Positions 18,965-30,194 are shown, numbered from the stretch's first letter. The stretch: 64,000 nt of DNA from Hoeflea sp. (GCF_030682515.1 NZ_JAUXOD010000135.1:5335-69334), one strand, 5' to 3'. Program-made: numbers and translations. The notes: a model not told the origin generated them from the sequence alone.

Positions 18965-19951
18965 ATGACCGCTTTTTCCATTCTCGATCTCTGCCCCATT
19001 GTCGAAGGCGGCACGGTGAGCGAAGCCCTTGCCGACACACGCCTGATGGCCAAACGCGCCGAGGATACGGGCTACACCCGCTTCTGGCTGGCCGAACACC
19101 ACGGCATGAAGGGCATCGCCAGCGCCGCCACATCCCTTGTCATCGCCGAGGCTGGGCATGCCACCAGCACCATCCGCATCGGCTCGGGCGGCGTCATGCT
19201 GCCCAATCACGCGCCGCTGGTCATCGCCGAGCAGTTCGGAACGCTCGAGGCGCTGTTTCCGGGACGCGTCGATCTCGGCCTCGGCCGGGCGCCCGGAACC
19301 GACATGGCCACCGCGCGCGCGCTGCGGCGCAACCTCGACTCGGGCGCCAACAGCTTCCCCGACGACATAATCGAACTGCAGCACTGGCTGGGAGACCCCG
19401 ATGACGGCAAGCTGATCGCGATCCCGGGCGCGGGGTCGCATGTGCCGCTGTGGATCCTGGGCTCGAGCATCTACAGCGCCCATCTGGCGGCCGCTCTCGG
19501 GCTGCCCTATGCCTTCGCCTCCCATTTCGCCCCCGACATGCTGCTCGACGCGCTCGACATCTACCGGGCCCAGTTCACCCCGTCGGCCCAGCTTTCAAGC
19601 CCCTACGTGATGGCGGCCGTCATGGGCGTGATGGCAGATACCGATGCGGAGGCCGCCTTCCTGTTCACCACGCTGCAACAGAGCTTCGTCAACATGCGCC
19701 GCAATGCGCGCGGCAAGATGCCGAGGCCGGTCGACAGCATGGAAGGGTTCTGGACCGATGTGGAGAAGATCGCCGTCGAGCACACCCTGCGCTATGCGGT
19801 GGTGGGCGGACCCGAGACGGCACGGACCAGGATGCGGGATTTCATCACCGAAACCGGCGCCGACGAGATCATGATCTCGATGCCGATCCATTCTTCCCAG
19901 GCGCGGCTCAGATCGGTCGAGCTGTTCGGCGAGATGCGCGCGGCGCTCTGA
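18965..19951 (+). CDS. Luciferase-like (LLM class) flavin-dependent monooxygenase, YhbW-like
   Basis: [49 protein letters not shown]. Start set at ATG 18965. Confidence 0.88.
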   Translation: MTAFSILDLCPIVEGGTVSEALADTRLMAKRAEDTGYTRFWLAEHHGMKGIASAATSLVIAEAGHATSTIRIGSGGVMLPNHAPLVIAEQFGTLEALFPGRVDLGLGRAPGTDMATARALRRNLDSGANSFPDDIIELQHWLGDPDDGKLIAIPGAGSHVPLWILGSSIYSAHLAAALGLPYAFASHFAPDMLLDALDIYRAQFTPSAQLSSPYVMAAVMGVMADTDAEAAFLFTTLQQSFVNMRRNARGKMPRPVDSMEGFWTDVEKIAVEHTLRYAVVGGPETARTRMRDFITETGADEIMISMPIHSSQARLRSVELFGEMRAAL

Positions 19952-19957
19952 CACAGG

Positions 19958-19987
19958 AAAGGCCGCCGGTCCTGGGGACCGGCGGCC
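19958..19987. terminator. Strong hairpin between the convergent LLM and yebC genes
   Basis: 12-bp stem ggccgccggtcc/ggaccggcggcc with a 3-nt loop; AAA on the left gives a short U-tract for the minus strand. Confidence 0.6.
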
Positions 19988-20010
19988 ACACATGCGCTCG
20001 CGATTGAGGG

Positions 20011-20757
20011 TCAGGCGGACAGTTTCGCCATGACCTCGTCGGAGACTTCGAAATTGGCGTAGACGTTCTGCACGTCGTCATCATCGTCGAGCGTGGCGAT
20101 CAGCTTGAGCACCGACTGCGCCTTGTCCTCGTCGACCGGCGCGGAGGTCTGCGGCTTCCACACGGCCCGCACCGACTGCGCCTCGCCCAGCGCCTCTTCG
20201 AGCGCGCCCGAGACCTCGCCGATGTCCTCGAAGGCGCAGAGGATGGCGTGCTCCTCCTCGCTGCTGGTCACGTCTTCCGCGCCCGCCATGATCGCCGCTT
20301 CCATGATCGCGTCGGCATCGCCCGCGCTGGCGGGATAGATGATTTCGCCGACGCGGGAGAACATGAAGCCGACCGAACCGGTTTCGCCCAGCGCCCCGCC
20401 GGACTTGGTGAAGGCCGCGCGCACATTGGAGGCGGTACGGTTGCGGTTGTCGGTGAGCGCCTCGACGATGACGGCGACGCCGCCAGGACCATAGCCCTCG
20501 TAGCGCACTTCCTCGTAGTTCTCGCTGTCGGCACCCGAGGCCTTGTTGATGGCGCGCTGGATATTGTCCTTGGGCATCGACTGCGCCTTGGCGTTCTGCA
20601 CCGCGAGCCTGAGACGCGCGTTCATCGACGGATCCGGCGCGCCCATCTTGGCGGCCACGGTGATTTCGCGCGCGAGCTTGGAGAACATCTTGGAGCGGAC
20701 GGCATCCTGCCGTCCCTTGCGGTGCATGATGTTTTTAAATTGTGAATGGCCGGCCAT
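20011..20757 (-). CDS. yebC: YebC/PmpR family protein
   Basis: [45 protein letters not shown]; conserved neighbour of ruvC. Confidence 0.96.
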   Translation of the reverse strand: MAGHSQFKNIMHRKGRQDAVRSKMFSKLAREITVAAKMGAPDPSMNARLRLAVQNAKAQSMPKDNIQRAINKASGADSENYEEVRYEGYGPGGVAVIVEALTDNRNRTASNVRAAFTKSGGALGETGSVGFMFSRVGEIIYPASAGDADAIMEAAIMAGAEDVTSSEEEHAILCAFEDIGEVSGALEEALGEAQSVRAVWKPQTSAPVDEDKAQSVLKLIATLDDDDDVQNVYANFEVSDEVMAKLSA

Positions 20758-20867
20758 AATGCCCCTGTATTTTTGCTCTGAGTTCTGTGCTCTCAACTTG
20801 GAATGGCCGCCTTATAAATCCGTTCCCGGTTTTCGTCCAGACGATACGAGTCTCGAAGGATTGACCC

Positions 20868-21341
20868 ATGCCCAAGACCACGGTCCCGCCACTGCCGCTC
20901 ACGGGCGGATGCCAGTGCGGACGCATCCGCTACCGCTTGACCGCCAGGCCGCTGGTTTTCTACCTGTGCCACTGCACCGAGTGCCAGCGCCACACATCCT
21001 CCGCCTTTGGCGAAAGCCTGAGGTTTGACCGCACGGCGCTCGACATCACCGACGGGCTGAGCGTGTTCCGCCGCACAAGCGACCGCGGCTCCGTGCGCGA
21101 GGGCTGGTTCTGCCCCGATTGCGGCGTCAGGATCTGGCACGGCACCCAAGGCTCGGCCCAGATCAACATCAAGGCCGGCACGCTCGACGACACCGGTTGG
21201 CTGGTTCCCGCCGGCCACATCTGGACGAGGTCGAGACAACCTTTCATGACGCCCTCCGAGGAGGACCTGGTCTACGAGACACAGCCCGAGGACGGCTACG
21301 CCGCCTTGATGGCGCGGTGGCGCGAGATGACCGCGGAGTAA
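20868..21341 (+). CDS. GFA (glutathione-dependent formaldehyde-activating)/CENP-V family protein
   Basis: GGCQCG, CHCTECQR, FCPDCG zinc motifs; GTLDD, HIW. Confidence 0.85.
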   Translation: MPKTTVPPLPLTGGCQCGRIRYRLTARPLVFYLCHCTECQRHTSSAFGESLRFDRTALDITDGLSVFRRTSDRGSVREGWFCPDCGVRIWHGTQGSAQINIKAGTLDDTGWLVPAGHIWTRSRQPFMTPSEEDLVYETQPEDGYAALMARWREMTAE

Positions 21342-21457
21342 CCGCCGCCCCGGCGCAGCATCCGGGCTCGGCTGAATAAAGCGGGCGCCAGGCTTTACCT
21401 TCGCAAACTTCGCCCTAGTGTTCTCGCTATCGTGAAAGCCACCTCGCGGAGCCGCAC

Positions 21458-22288
21458 ATGCCCCGGATGAAAGCCTTCCTGTTGTGTCTTGCACTGTTCG
21501 CCCTGCCCGCCCATGCGCAGGAAGAGGCCCGCCCCTTCAGCCAGTGCCTGGCCGTCGCCCAGTCCCTGCCGGGCGCCAGCTACGCCAATCTGACCCCCGA
21601 GGGGCTCCGCGACGGGCTGATCAAACCGGCCCAGGCCGGGTCCGGCGAGGTCGAGTTCATGTTCGCCGGGCACTCGACCTATGTGATCACCACGCCCGCG
21701 GGCGTGACCATCGCCACAGACTTCAACGGCTGGTCGGGCCGCGTGGCCGTTCCGGTTGTCGTCACCATGAACAAGGCGCATTCCTCCCATTTCACCCTGT
21801 CGCCCGACGAGCGGATCGAACATGTGCTGCGCGGCTGGAATTTCGATGGATCGCCGGCCGATCACGACGTGGTGGTCGACGACGTCTATGTCCGCAACGT
21901 CACCACCGACATCCGCAATTTCGGCACTATGGAGCCCGACGGCAATTCGATCTTCATCTTCGAGGTCGCCGACCTGTGCATCGGTCATCTCGGGCATCTG
22001 CATCATGCGCTCGAAGACCGCCACTACGCCCAGATCGGCAGGCTCGACATCGTCATGGTGCCGGTCGACGGCGGCCTGACGCTGAGCCACGACGCCATGA
22101 CCGGGATCGCCAGGCGCCTGCAGTCCTCGATCCTGCTGCCGATGCACCGGCGCGGCGCGCCGATCTCGAGTTTCATCGACATGATGGGCGACAAGTTCCT
22201 GGTCGACTATGTCAACAGCGACAGCTTTACCGTGACGGCCAGAAGCCTGCCGCGGCAGCCGACGATCGTGATCCTGAACGGGGTTTGA
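21458..22288 (+). CDS. Exported metallo-beta-lactamase-fold hydrolase
   Basis: Signal peptide ending AHA; GHS, TMNKAHSSH, HLGHLHH, PVDG, PMH motifs. Confidence 0.75.
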   Translation: MPRMKAFLLCLALFALPAHAQEEARPFSQCLAVAQSLPGASYANLTPEGLRDGLIKPAQAGSGEVEFMFAGHSTYVITTPAGVTIATDFNGWSGRVAVPVVVTMNKAHSSHFTLSPDERIEHVLRGWNFDGSPADHDVVVDDVYVRNVTTDIRNFGTMEPDGNSIFIFEVADLCIGHLGHLHHALEDRHYAQIGRLDIVMVPVDGGLTLSHDAMTGIARRLQSSILLPMHRRGAPISSFIDMMGDKFLVDYVNSDSFTVTARSLPRQPTIVILNGV

Positions 22289-22376
22289 AGCGGCAAAGGC
22301 CGGATCGGCGCGTCGGCCGCGACGCTGACCGCACCCTGATCAAAGCTGCAGGCAGCCATGCACGATTTCGTGAGGA

Positions 22377-23201
22377 TCAGCTCCAGAAATCCGGCATGGT
22401 CTCGCTGAGACGCGGCCCGATGCGCAGGGGAGCGATCTTTTCCGCGAGCCCCGTGCGGTCGGAAATCTCCACGGCGACGCCGCAGATCGTCGCCGGCCCG
22501 GACGCCGCCTCGAAGCGGCCCTTGGGGATGCGCGACAGGAACCTGTTGATCGGCTCCTCCTTGTCCATGCCGATGGACGAATCATAATCGCCGCACATGC
22601 CCGCATCCGAGAGATAAGCGGTGCCGCCGTTGAGGATCTGCGCGTCCGCCGTGGGCACATGGGTGTGCGTTCCCACCACGAAACTCGCCCGTCCATCGAC
22701 GAAATGGGCAAAGCAGAGCTTCTCGCTGGTGGCTTCGGCATGGAAATCGAAGATCACCGCATCGGCCTGCTCGCCCAGCGGACAGGCGTTCAGGATCGTC
22801 TCGCCGGCGGAAAACGGATCATCGAGATCGGGATGCATGAACACCCGGCCCATCACATTGGCGACGAGCACGCGCGCGCCATTGCGGGCGATGAACAGAT
22901 TGGAGCCGCGCCCGGGCGTGCCCGAAGGATAATTGGCCGGGCGCAGGAACCGGTCCTGGCGGTCGGCGTAGACGAGCGCCTCGCGCTGGTCCCAGACATG
23001 ATTGCCGGTCGTCACCACATCGGCGCCGGCACCGAGCGTTTCCAGAAAGATTTCTTCGGTGATGCCGAAGCCGCCCGCGGCGTTCTCGCCATTGACGATG
23101 ACGAAATCCAGGCTGAAATCGCGGATCAGCCCGGGAAGACGGTTCCAGACCGCGGTGCGGCCGGATCGTCCGACCATGTCTCCAAGAAACAACAGGCGCA
23201 T
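22377..23201 (-). CDS. YmdB/TIGR00282-family metallophosphoesterase
   Basis: LFLGDMVG, VNGENAAGG, TGNHVWD, DFHAEATSEK, VGTHTH, SDAGMCG. Confidence 0.92.
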   Translation of the reverse strand: MRLLFLGDMVGRSGRTAVWNRLPGLIRDFSLDFVIVNGENAAGGFGITEEIFLETLGAGADVVTTGNHVWDQREALVYADRQDRFLRPANYPSGTPGRGSNLFIARNGARVLVANVMGRVFMHPDLDDPFSAGETILNACPLGEQADAVIFDFHAEATSEKLCFAHFVDGRASFVVGTHTHVPTADAQILNGGTAYLSDAGMCGDYDSSIGMDKEEPINRFLSRIPKGRFEAASGPATICGVAVEISDRTGLAEKIAPLRIGPRLSETMPDFWS

Positions 23202-23208
23202 CGGCTCT

Positions 23209-23781
23209 CTATAAGGGTTGCGAAAACGAGCGCAAGCCTCGTTCGGTCAGGATCATCTCAAGCGCCACGTCATGGGCTTCGTGCGGAAGGCTGTGGGCCT
23301 CCTGCACCGAGAACGCGGTTCCGATCAGCCGCGGCCGCAGCCCCTTGCCATGGAGCTGCGCGATGGCCCGGTCGTAATGGCCCGCGCCATAGCCGAGCCG
23401 GTTGCCCGCCGCATCAAACGCCGACAGGGGCATCAGCAGGATCTGCGGATCCAGCACCTCGGCGTCGGGTCCCGGCCCGGACGTTCCGAAACCGGTGTTC
23501 ACCAGCTCCGCGCCCCGGACGAAATCGCGGAAGACGATGGTCTGGCGGTCCAGCACCACCGGCAGGCAGAGCCGCGCGCCGCGCGCACCCAGCCGCGCCA
23601 TCAACGGCCGCAGATCCGGCTCCGACCTGATCGGCAGATAGCCGGCGATGACGGTGCCCGGGTCGAAGGCGATCGACTCGCCGGCCTCGGCCATGGCGAG
23701 ACTCATCTCGATGCGGCGCTCCGGCGCCAGGCCATCCCTGCGCGCCAGCATCGCCGCGCGAATGCCTGCCTTGCTGTCCAT
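23209..23781 (-). CDS. ygfA: 5-formyltetrahydrofolate cyclo-ligase
   Basis: KAGIRAAMLARR, YLPIRSEPD, PLSAFDAAGNRLGYGAGHYDR, PHEAHD. Confidence 0.92.
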   Translation of the reverse strand: MDSKAGIRAAMLARRDGLAPERRIEMSLAMAEAGESIAFDPGTVIAGYLPIRSEPDLRPLMARLGARGARLCLPVVLDRQTIVFRDFVRGAELVNTGFGTSGPGPDAEVLDPQILLMPLSAFDAAGNRLGYGAGHYDRAIAQLHGKGLRPRLIGTAFSVQEAHSLPHEAHDVALEMILTERGLRSFSQPL

Positions 23782-24007
23782 CTGGGTCTCCGGGGTTGCG
23801 ACTGGACCGGACTAATCCCGAATGCATCCCCGCGTCAACGCCCCGGCTACGTGGCCCGGGACGCGATCCGGGCGCGGTTTCATCCCGGGATCGGGCCTTA
23901 CCGTTTGTTCATGACGATTGCAGAATCCGGTTGCCGCGCCTGTTCGGATGCCTGAAATGTCCGCGCTTAAAGTCGAACGATATCAATAAATACAGTTGCG
24001 GATTGCG

Positions 24008-24217
24008 ATGACAAGACCTTTGGAACGCCTGACCCACGCGGAAAGAACCTGTCTTCATCTGGCAGCGAGCGGTCAGGCGCCGGAGGCCATCGCCGAGCAG
24101 TTTGGCGGCGACCCCGACACGGTCGACACACATCTCGCATCGGCGCGCAGGAAGCTGATGGCCAACACCACGATCGAGGCTGCGGCGCGCGCCCTGAAGC
24201 TGGGCCTGATCGAGTAG
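24008..24217 (+). CDS. Stand-alone LuxR-type C-terminal HTH protein (69 aa)
   Basis: LTHAERTCLHLAASG...IAEQFG...TVDTHLASARRKL...AAARALKLGLI; no receiver or autoinducer domain. Confidence 0.75.
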   Translation: MTRPLERLTHAERTCLHLAASGQAPEAIAEQFGGDPDTVDTHLASARRKLMANTTIEAAARALKLGLIE

Positions 24218-24384
24218 GCACTGCCGCGGCCCGTGCCGGCCATCTTCACAGATCCGGCAACGGAAATCTGGGGCTCCGGCTCCCCATGCGGTGCGTTCAA
24301 GTCGCCCTATCGCCGCACGGGGATGACCGCGCGGCGACAGGGACTTTCAGATTGATCCGCGGCTCAGGACCGGGGGCGGCTGGA

Positions 24385-26586
24385 TCAAAACTCCGTCCAT
24401 TCGTCGGATTTGACAGCCAGATTGCCCTGCGAGGCGGTGCGTTTTCCACCCGCGGTTCCGTGGGCCATGGCCGTTGCGGTCCGGCGCAAGGCCGCCGCGT
24501 CGCCGCGTGCGAAACCGTCGAGACGGAACTGTCCGATCAATTCCCCCAACTGGCCGGCCTCCGTTGACAGCGTCGCGCTGGCGGCCGTGTTTTCCTCCAC
24601 CATGGCCGCGTTCTTCTGCGTCACCTGGTCCATCTGGTTGACCGCGATATTGACTTCGCCCAGACCCACCGACTGTTCCTTGGCGGCGTGCGCAATGGCT
24701 TTCATGTGCTCGTTGACCGTGACGATGTAGGTCTCGATCGTCTTGAGCGCCTCACCGGTCTCGTTCACGAGCCGCACGCCGCCTTCCACTTCCACCGTGG
24801 AATTGCGGATGAGATCCTTGATCTCCTTGGCGGCCTTGGCCGACCGTTGCGCAAGCTCGCGGACTTCCTGGGCCACGACCGCGAAGCCTCGTCCCGCCTC
24901 GCCGGCCCGCGCGGCTTCCACCCCGGCATTGAGCGCCAGCAGGTTGGTCTGGAAGGCGATTTCGTCGATGACGCCGATGATGTTGGAGATCTGGTTTGCG
25001 GACTGTTCGATCTTGCCCATGGCATCGACGGCGTTCGCGACGATCGTGCCCGATTGCACCGCGCTGTGGTTGGCCTGTTCGGCCGCCGTCCTTGCCTCCT
25101 CGACGCGTTGTGTCGAACTGGCGACATTGGCGGTGATCTGGTCGAGCGCGGCGGCGGTTTCCTCGAGCGAAGCGGCCTGCTGTTCGGTGCGCTTGGACAG
25201 ATCCTGCGCCGACTGGCTGATTTCCGTCGACCCCGTGGCGATCTGAATCGACGCCTCGGCCACCGACCGCAAGGTGTTGCCGAGCTGTGAAACCGCGTCG
25301 TTGAAATCGGTGCGCAGTCCTTCGAAGTCGCTCGCGAAGGGCTCGGTCAGCTGGAAGGACAGATCGCCGGCGGCAAGGTGCTTCAATCCCTCGCCGAGAC
25401 CGGAGGTCGCCTGCCGCATTTGCTGCGCCCTGAGTTGTTCCTCCTGGCTGGTGCGATTGCGCGCCTCTTCCGAGCTGTTGCGCTGGGCGTCGGCCTCCTG
25501 CTCCAGGCGGATCTTTTCGAGGCCTGCCTCCTTGAAGACCTGGACCGCACGCGCCATTGCGCCGATTTCGTCGGGACGGTTCTGGTCGCCGACAATGGCG
25601 GCCAGATCGCCGCTGGCCAGACGCGCCATGGTTCCCGTCGTCTTGCTGATGGTGCCGGAGAAGGCGCGGGCATAGAAGAAGAAGCCCAGCAGCGACAGCA
25701 GCGAGACGAGGAGGGTGCCGATGATCGACGCCGTCGTCGCGCTCCTGCCTGCGGCCACGATCGGGGTGACATTCGACGCCATTTCGATGACGCCGATCTT
25801 CTCGCCGGAGAAGTTCTCCAGCACCGTACCGGCAACGGCATAGTCACGATTGTTGGACGCGATCATCGTGATCGGCAGATTGCCGTCGAACGCCGCCTGG
25901 ATCTGGTCCGGCGTCAGCATCGTGGCACCATCGAAGGTCGACGCCTGGGTCTCGAACTTGCCGTCACCGAAAATGTGAATGGCGATCTGGGAATCGGTCT
26001 TCTCCGCGATCCGCGCGAAGTAGGCCTCGGAGAGTTCGCTGCCGACGTCGACAATGCCTCCGGTATTGCCATTGGCCAGGGCCGGAGCGGATGCGAACAC
26101 GTTGACCGAGGTGCGTCCCGGCTCGATGCCCGCATGCAGCTTGGCCTCCTTCAGGGTTGCAGCGATCATCTTCCTTCGACCCGTGATGTCATCTCCGAAC
26201 TTGTCCGGAGCGTGGACGCGCGCCACGACAACGCCATTCTGGGTGAAGGTGATGAGCCCGAGGCCGCTGGTTGCGTTGACGTTGGCAAGACTGCCCGCAT
26301 ATTTGGCCACCAGTTCCTCACGCGCATCGGTGGCGATGAGACCGGCAATGTCCGGTTCGCCGGCCAGGGTCAGCGCAAGCGCGGAGGCGGCGCGCTTCTG
26401 CGCGTCCATGTCGGCCTCAAGCACATCGAGGTCGGAATTGAATTCCTGAAGCACGGCCCGTTCATTCATCGCCGACTGGCTGTACCAGGCCAGGCCGCCG
26501 ATCGCGGCGCTGGCAAAAAGCACGGCCGCAAATCCGTAGCCGGTCATCTTGACCCACATCGGCCTCTTAATATTGATTTCAGACAT
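24385..26586 (-). CDS. Methyl-accepting chemotaxis protein with periplasmic Cache-type sensor
   Basis: Two TM segments flanking a periplasmic domain, HAMP (DEIGAMARAVQVFK), signalling hairpin IAFQTNLLALNAGVEAARAGEAGRGFAVVAQEVR, C-terminal pentapeptide EWTEF. Start set at ATG 26586. Confidence 0.93.
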   Translation of the reverse strand: MSEINIKRPMWVKMTGYGFAAVLFASAAIGGLAWYSQSAMNERAVLQEFNSDLDVLEADMDAQKRAASALALTLAGEPDIAGLIATDAREELVAKYAGSLANVNATSGLGLITFTQNGVVVARVHAPDKFGDDITGRRKMIAATLKEAKLHAGIEPGRTSVNVFASAPALANGNTGGIVDVGSELSEAYFARIAEKTDSQIAIHIFGDGKFETQASTFDGATMLTPDQIQAAFDGNLPITMIASNNRDYAVAGTVLENFSGEKIGVIEMASNVTPIVAAGRSATTASIIGTLLVSLLSLLGFFFYARAFSGTISKTTGTMARLASGDLAAIVGDQNRPDEIGAMARAVQVFKEAGLEKIRLEQEADAQRNSSEEARNRTSQEEQLRAQQMRQATSGLGEGLKHLAAGDLSFQLTEPFASDFEGLRTDFNDAVSQLGNTLRSVAEASIQIATGSTEISQSAQDLSKRTEQQAASLEETAAALDQITANVASSTQRVEEARTAAEQANHSAVQSGTIVANAVDAMGKIEQSANQISNIIGVIDEIAFQTNLLALNAGVEAARAGEAGRGFAVVAQEVRELAQRSAKAAKEIKDLIRNSTVEVEGGVRLVNETGEALKTIETYIVTVNEHMKAIAHAAKEQSVGLGEVNIAVNQMDQVTQKNAAMVEENTAASATLSTEAGQLGELIGQFRLDGFARGDAAALRRTATAMAHGTAGGKRTASQGNLAVKSDEWTEF

Positions 26587-26894
26587 GTATTCATCCCCAA
26601 ATGTGAAGCGCTCAAAAGCCTTCAATGATATCAATCAACAGCCGCACTGGACTGGATTTGCATTGATATTTGATTATCGAAATCAACGACTTCTAAGGGA
26701 TCAATGTTTGCAAGGCACGGATTTCGAGCGCTGCGTCCGAGGTGGCCCGAGCGATGGTGTCCGATCGTCCCGGCCTCGTTGAGGGAGTTCGAGGTTCGCG
26801 GCCCGAGCCCTGGACAGCCGTCGTCGTGCCGTTCCGCACAAGGAGGAGCGGCAGCTGAAGGACAAGCGGCCACGTCAGGAGCATCGGTGAGATG

Positions 26895-27052
26895 AAGTGC
26901 GATCCACGGCAACCGATGGATTTATTGATCCTGGGAACCTACAACGTAGGTGGGCGCCATATGACCAGACCCACGAGTCCGGTCAGGGACAGCTCCCTTG
27001 GATCAATTAAGGCCCCAGGGATTGTGTATCCTGTCGAGAGGCGCAGATCGCC
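26895..27052 (-). ncRNA. ssrS: 6S RNA
   Basis: Minus strand contains CCCTGGGGCCTTAA..GGGAGCTGTCCCTG..GGCGCCCACCT typical of alphaproteobacterial 6S; the ends pair (gcgatc/gatcgc); downstream of zapA. Promoter TTGGCG (27086-27081)-17 nt-TATATG (27063-27058). Ends are approximate. Confidence 0.85.
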
Positions 27053-27214
27053 CATTACATATAGGTCATGAAATGGTTTCCGCCAAACGGCAATTTGCCG
27101 AACCGCGTTTTCACCCGTTGAGGTGATTGAGACACCCCCATCCACGGCACGCCTGTCTGCGATCAAGGGCAACGAACCCAAACTCGATCGTGCCCATGAC
27201 GTCCGTCCGAAGGC

Positions 27215-27577
27215 CTACCCCCGGCCCGCCAGCTTGCCTGCAATCAATTCGATCTTGCCGGTCACCTGAACCAGCGCCTCGGCCAGGTCGTGCTCGGTCT
27301 TGTCGGCCTTGCTCAGCACCGTGTCGCGGGTCTTCTTCAGCGTCTCGACCTCCGCCTCCAGCCCGCGCATCCGCCGTTGCAGTTCATGCAACTCGTCCAT
27401 CACCATGATCCCGGCCATCACGGTGATTCTGAGATCGCCGATTTCGCCGAACTGGTCCTTGAGGTGCCCGACATAGCGGTCGAAGCGGCTGGCCAGTTCG
27501 CTCAGGTGCTCTTCCTGACCCTCTTCGCAGGCCATCCGGTAGGTCTTGCTGTCAATGGTGACCGTGACTTGCGCCAT
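27215..27577 (-). CDS. zapA: Cell division protein ZapA
   Basis: VTVTIDSKTYRMACEEGQEEHL, FGEIGDLRITVMAGIMVMDE, coiled-coil tail; upstream of 6S RNA. Confidence 0.92.
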   Translation of the reverse strand: MAQVTVTIDSKTYRMACEEGQEEHLSELASRFDRYVGHLKDQFGEIGDLRITVMAGIMVMDELHELQRRMRGLEAEVETLKKTRDTVLSKADKTEHDLAEALVQVTGKIELIAGKLAGRG

Positions 27578-27638
27578 TCAACATGTCCTGTTCTGCGTTC
27601 GCACGCGGAGGGGTCTCCGGCGGCGCGACACCCACATT

Positions 27639-27911
27639 TCAGCGGTCCAAGACCGCCCTGATCGTTTCCATGGCCGTCACCAGGCGACGCGACACCTCGC
27701 GATTGGCCTCTTCCAGGCGATTGGCCCTGTCCTGCGCCCGGTCGAGTTCCTGGGCAATGCGCGAACGGTCCTCGACCATGCGGCCGAGCTCGGCCGCCGC
27801 TTCGGTCGAAGAGCGGCTGGCCTCGACTTGCCGGTCAACCTCATTGTCGAGCTGATTCAAGGCCTTGGTCAAAGCCTCAAGAGCTGCTTTCACTGTCATT
27901 TCAGCGGGCAT
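27639..27911 (-). CDS. DUF4164-family coiled-coil protein
   Basis: DRSRIAQELD..RLEEANREVSRRLVTAMETIRAVLDR; conserved position between zapA and tkt. Start uncertain (27911 or 27899). Confidence 0.75.
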   Translation of the reverse strand: MPAEMTVKAALEALTKALNQLDNEVDRQVEASRSSTEAAAELGRMVEDRSRIAQELDRAQDRANRLEEANREVSRRLVTAMETIRAVLDR

Positions 27912-28157
27912 CGCGGGCTTCCCTGGATCTGGATCACAAGCCGAATCGCTTGTATTCCGGACACTTGTGAGCGCAAGTTTACCCATTAGCCGAACATGGC
28001 GTCAACAAAACCGCGTCTTGCATCCCCAGCCGTTTGCGGCCCCATGCCTTTCCACGCCTTTATTGACTCCCGTCAGGCAACTGCTATGTGTGCGCGGCCT
28101 TCGATCCGGTCCCACAGTGGTCCGGTCCTGACCTGAACGCGACTGAGCGGACCCATC

Positions 28158-30149
28158 ATGATTTCACGCGAAAAACACGACCGGATGGCCAATGCAATCC
28201 GGTTCCTATCCATGGACGCCGTTGAAAAGGCCAAGTCCGGGCATCCCGGACTGCCAATGGGCGCAGCCGACGTGGCCACAGTGCTGTTCTCGCGCTATCT
28301 CAGCTTCGATCCGAAGAAACCCGACTGGCCTGACCGCGACCGCTTCGTGCTGTCGGCCGGCCATGGCTCGATGCTGATCTATTCCCTGCTCTACCTGCTG
28401 GGGTATGACGACATCTCGCTCGACGACATCAAGAATTTCCGCCAGCTAGGGTCCCCCACCGCCGGCCATCCCGAATATGGCCACGCCGCGGGCATCGAGA
28501 CCACCACGGGTCCGCTGGGCCAGGGCATCGGCAACGCGGTCGGCATGGCCATCGCCGAGCGCAAGCTCGCCGACGAATTCGGGTCGGGCCTGGTCGAGCA
28601 TCACACCTATGTGCTGGCCGGCGACGGCTGCCTGATGGAGGGCATCAGCCAGGAAGCGTTTTCGCTCGCCGGCCATCTCAAGCTCAACAAGCTGATCGTC
28701 ATCTGGGACAATAACTCGATCTCCATCGACGGACCGGTGTCCTTGACTGATTCGACCGACCAGCTGGCGCGGTTTGCGGCGTCGGGCTGGAACACGCTCG
28801 ATATCGACGGGCACAATCCCGACTCCATCGCCCAGGCCATCGAGGCCGCGCAAAAATCCGACCGGCCGACGCTGATCGCCGCCAAGACAATCATCGGCTT
28901 CGGCGCCCCCACCAAGGCCGGAACAAGCGGCGCCCACGGCTCGCCGCTCGGCGACAAGGAAATCGCCGGCGTGCGCAAGGCGCTTGGCTGGACTGACGAG
29001 CCCTTCGTCGTGCCGTCCGACATCCTCGACGCCTGGCGCCTGGCAGGCTTGAGGTCGGTTAAGGACCGCAAGGCCTGGGAAGCCCGCCTGACGGAAGCCG
29101 ACAACGATGTCCGCACGGCGTTCGAACGCCGCATGAGCGGCGAACTGCCCGGCGGCCTCGAACCCGCGCTGATCGCCTACAAGAAGAAGCTGAGCGAGGA
29201 CCTGCCCGCGGTCGCCACCCGCAAATCCTCGGAAATGGCGCTCGAGGTGATCAACGGCGTGGTGCCCGAGACCATCGGCGGCTCGGCCGACCTGACCGGG
29301 TCCAACAACACCCGCACCAGCCAGACCAAGCCGATCACGCCCGATGATTTCTCCGGCCGCTACATTCACTATGGCATCCGCGAGCACGGCATGGCCGCGA
29401 TCATGAACGGCATCGCGCTGCATGGCGGCCTGATCCCCTATTCGGGCGGCTTCCTGATCTTCTCCGATTACTGCCGACCGTCGATCCGCCTGGCGGCGCT
29501 GATGGGCATTCGCGTCATCCATGTGCTGACCCATGATTCCATCGGCCTTGGCGAGGACGGCCCGACGCACCAGCCGGTCGAGCAGATGGCGGCGCTGCGC
29601 GCCATCCCCAACCTGCTGATGTTCCGTCCCGCGGACGCGGTGGAAGCGGCGGAATGCTGGCACATCGCCCTTCAGGAGCAGAAGCGCCCGAGCGGCATCG
29701 CGCTCACCCGGCAGAACCTGCCCACCGTCCGCAAGGACTTCACCGAGGAAAACCTCTGCGCCTACGGCGCCTATGACCTCGTCTCCTCGAGCGAGGCCGA
29801 AGTGACGATCTTCGCCACCGGCTCGGAAATCGAGATCGCGCTCGAGGCCCGCCAGATGCTTGAGGCGAATGGTCACACCACAAGGGTCGTGTCCGTGCCC
29901 TGCTTCGAGTTGTTCGAAGAGCAGAGCGTGGAGTATAAACACGCTGTTATCGGGGATTCCAAGGTCAAGATCGCCATCGAGGCCGGCATCCGTCAGGGAT
30001 GGGACCGGTTCATCGGCTCCGACGGCCTGTTCATCGGCATGACCGGGTTCGGCGCGTCCGGACCCTACAAGGAACTCTACGAGCATTTCGGCATCACCGC
30101 CAAGGCCACTGTCGCCGCGGTGGAAGCCCGCCTGCATGACAAGGCCTGA
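28158..30149 (+). CDS. tkt: Transketolase
   Basis: [56 protein letters not shown]. Confidence 0.98.
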   Translation: MISREKHDRMANAIRFLSMDAVEKAKSGHPGLPMGAADVATVLFSRYLSFDPKKPDWPDRDRFVLSAGHGSMLIYSLLYLLGYDDISLDDIKNFRQLGSPTAGHPEYGHAAGIETTTGPLGQGIGNAVGMAIAERKLADEFGSGLVEHHTYVLAGDGCLMEGISQEAFSLAGHLKLNKLIVIWDNNSISIDGPVSLTDSTDQLARFAASGWNTLDIDGHNPDSIAQAIEAAQKSDRPTLIAAKTIIGFGAPTKAGTSGAHGSPLGDKEIAGVRKALGWTDEPFVVPSDILDAWRLAGLRSVKDRKAWEARLTEADNDVRTAFERRMSGELPGGLEPALIAYKKKLSEDLPAVATRKSSEMALEVINGVVPETIGGSADLTGSNNTRTSQTKPITPDDFSGRYIHYGIREHGMAAIMNGIALHGGLIPYSGGFLIFSDYCRPSIRLAALMGIRVIHVLTHDSIGLGEDGPTHQPVEQMAALRAIPNLLMFRPADAVEAAECWHIALQEQKRPSGIALTRQNLPTVRKDFTEENLCAYGAYDLVSSSEAEVTIFATGSEIEIALEARQMLEANGHTTRVVSVPCFELFEEQSVEYKHAVIGDSKVKIAIEAGIRQGWDRFIGSDGLFIGMTGFGASGPYKELYEHFGITAKATVAAVEARLHDKA

Positions 30150-30194
30150 TCTCTCGGGGATCAGGCGACCTCAGACCCGCGACGGAGAACGAGC

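Noticed and set aside
26625-26638. FNR/FixK-like ATGAT-N4-ATCAA upstream of the MCP
   Set aside because: One mismatch in an AT-rich region and no supporting promoter spacing established.
15173-26894. Possible prophage or integrative element around the TA cassettes or the 6S RNA
   Set aside because: No integrase, transposase, phage genes, terminal repeats or att duplications are visible.
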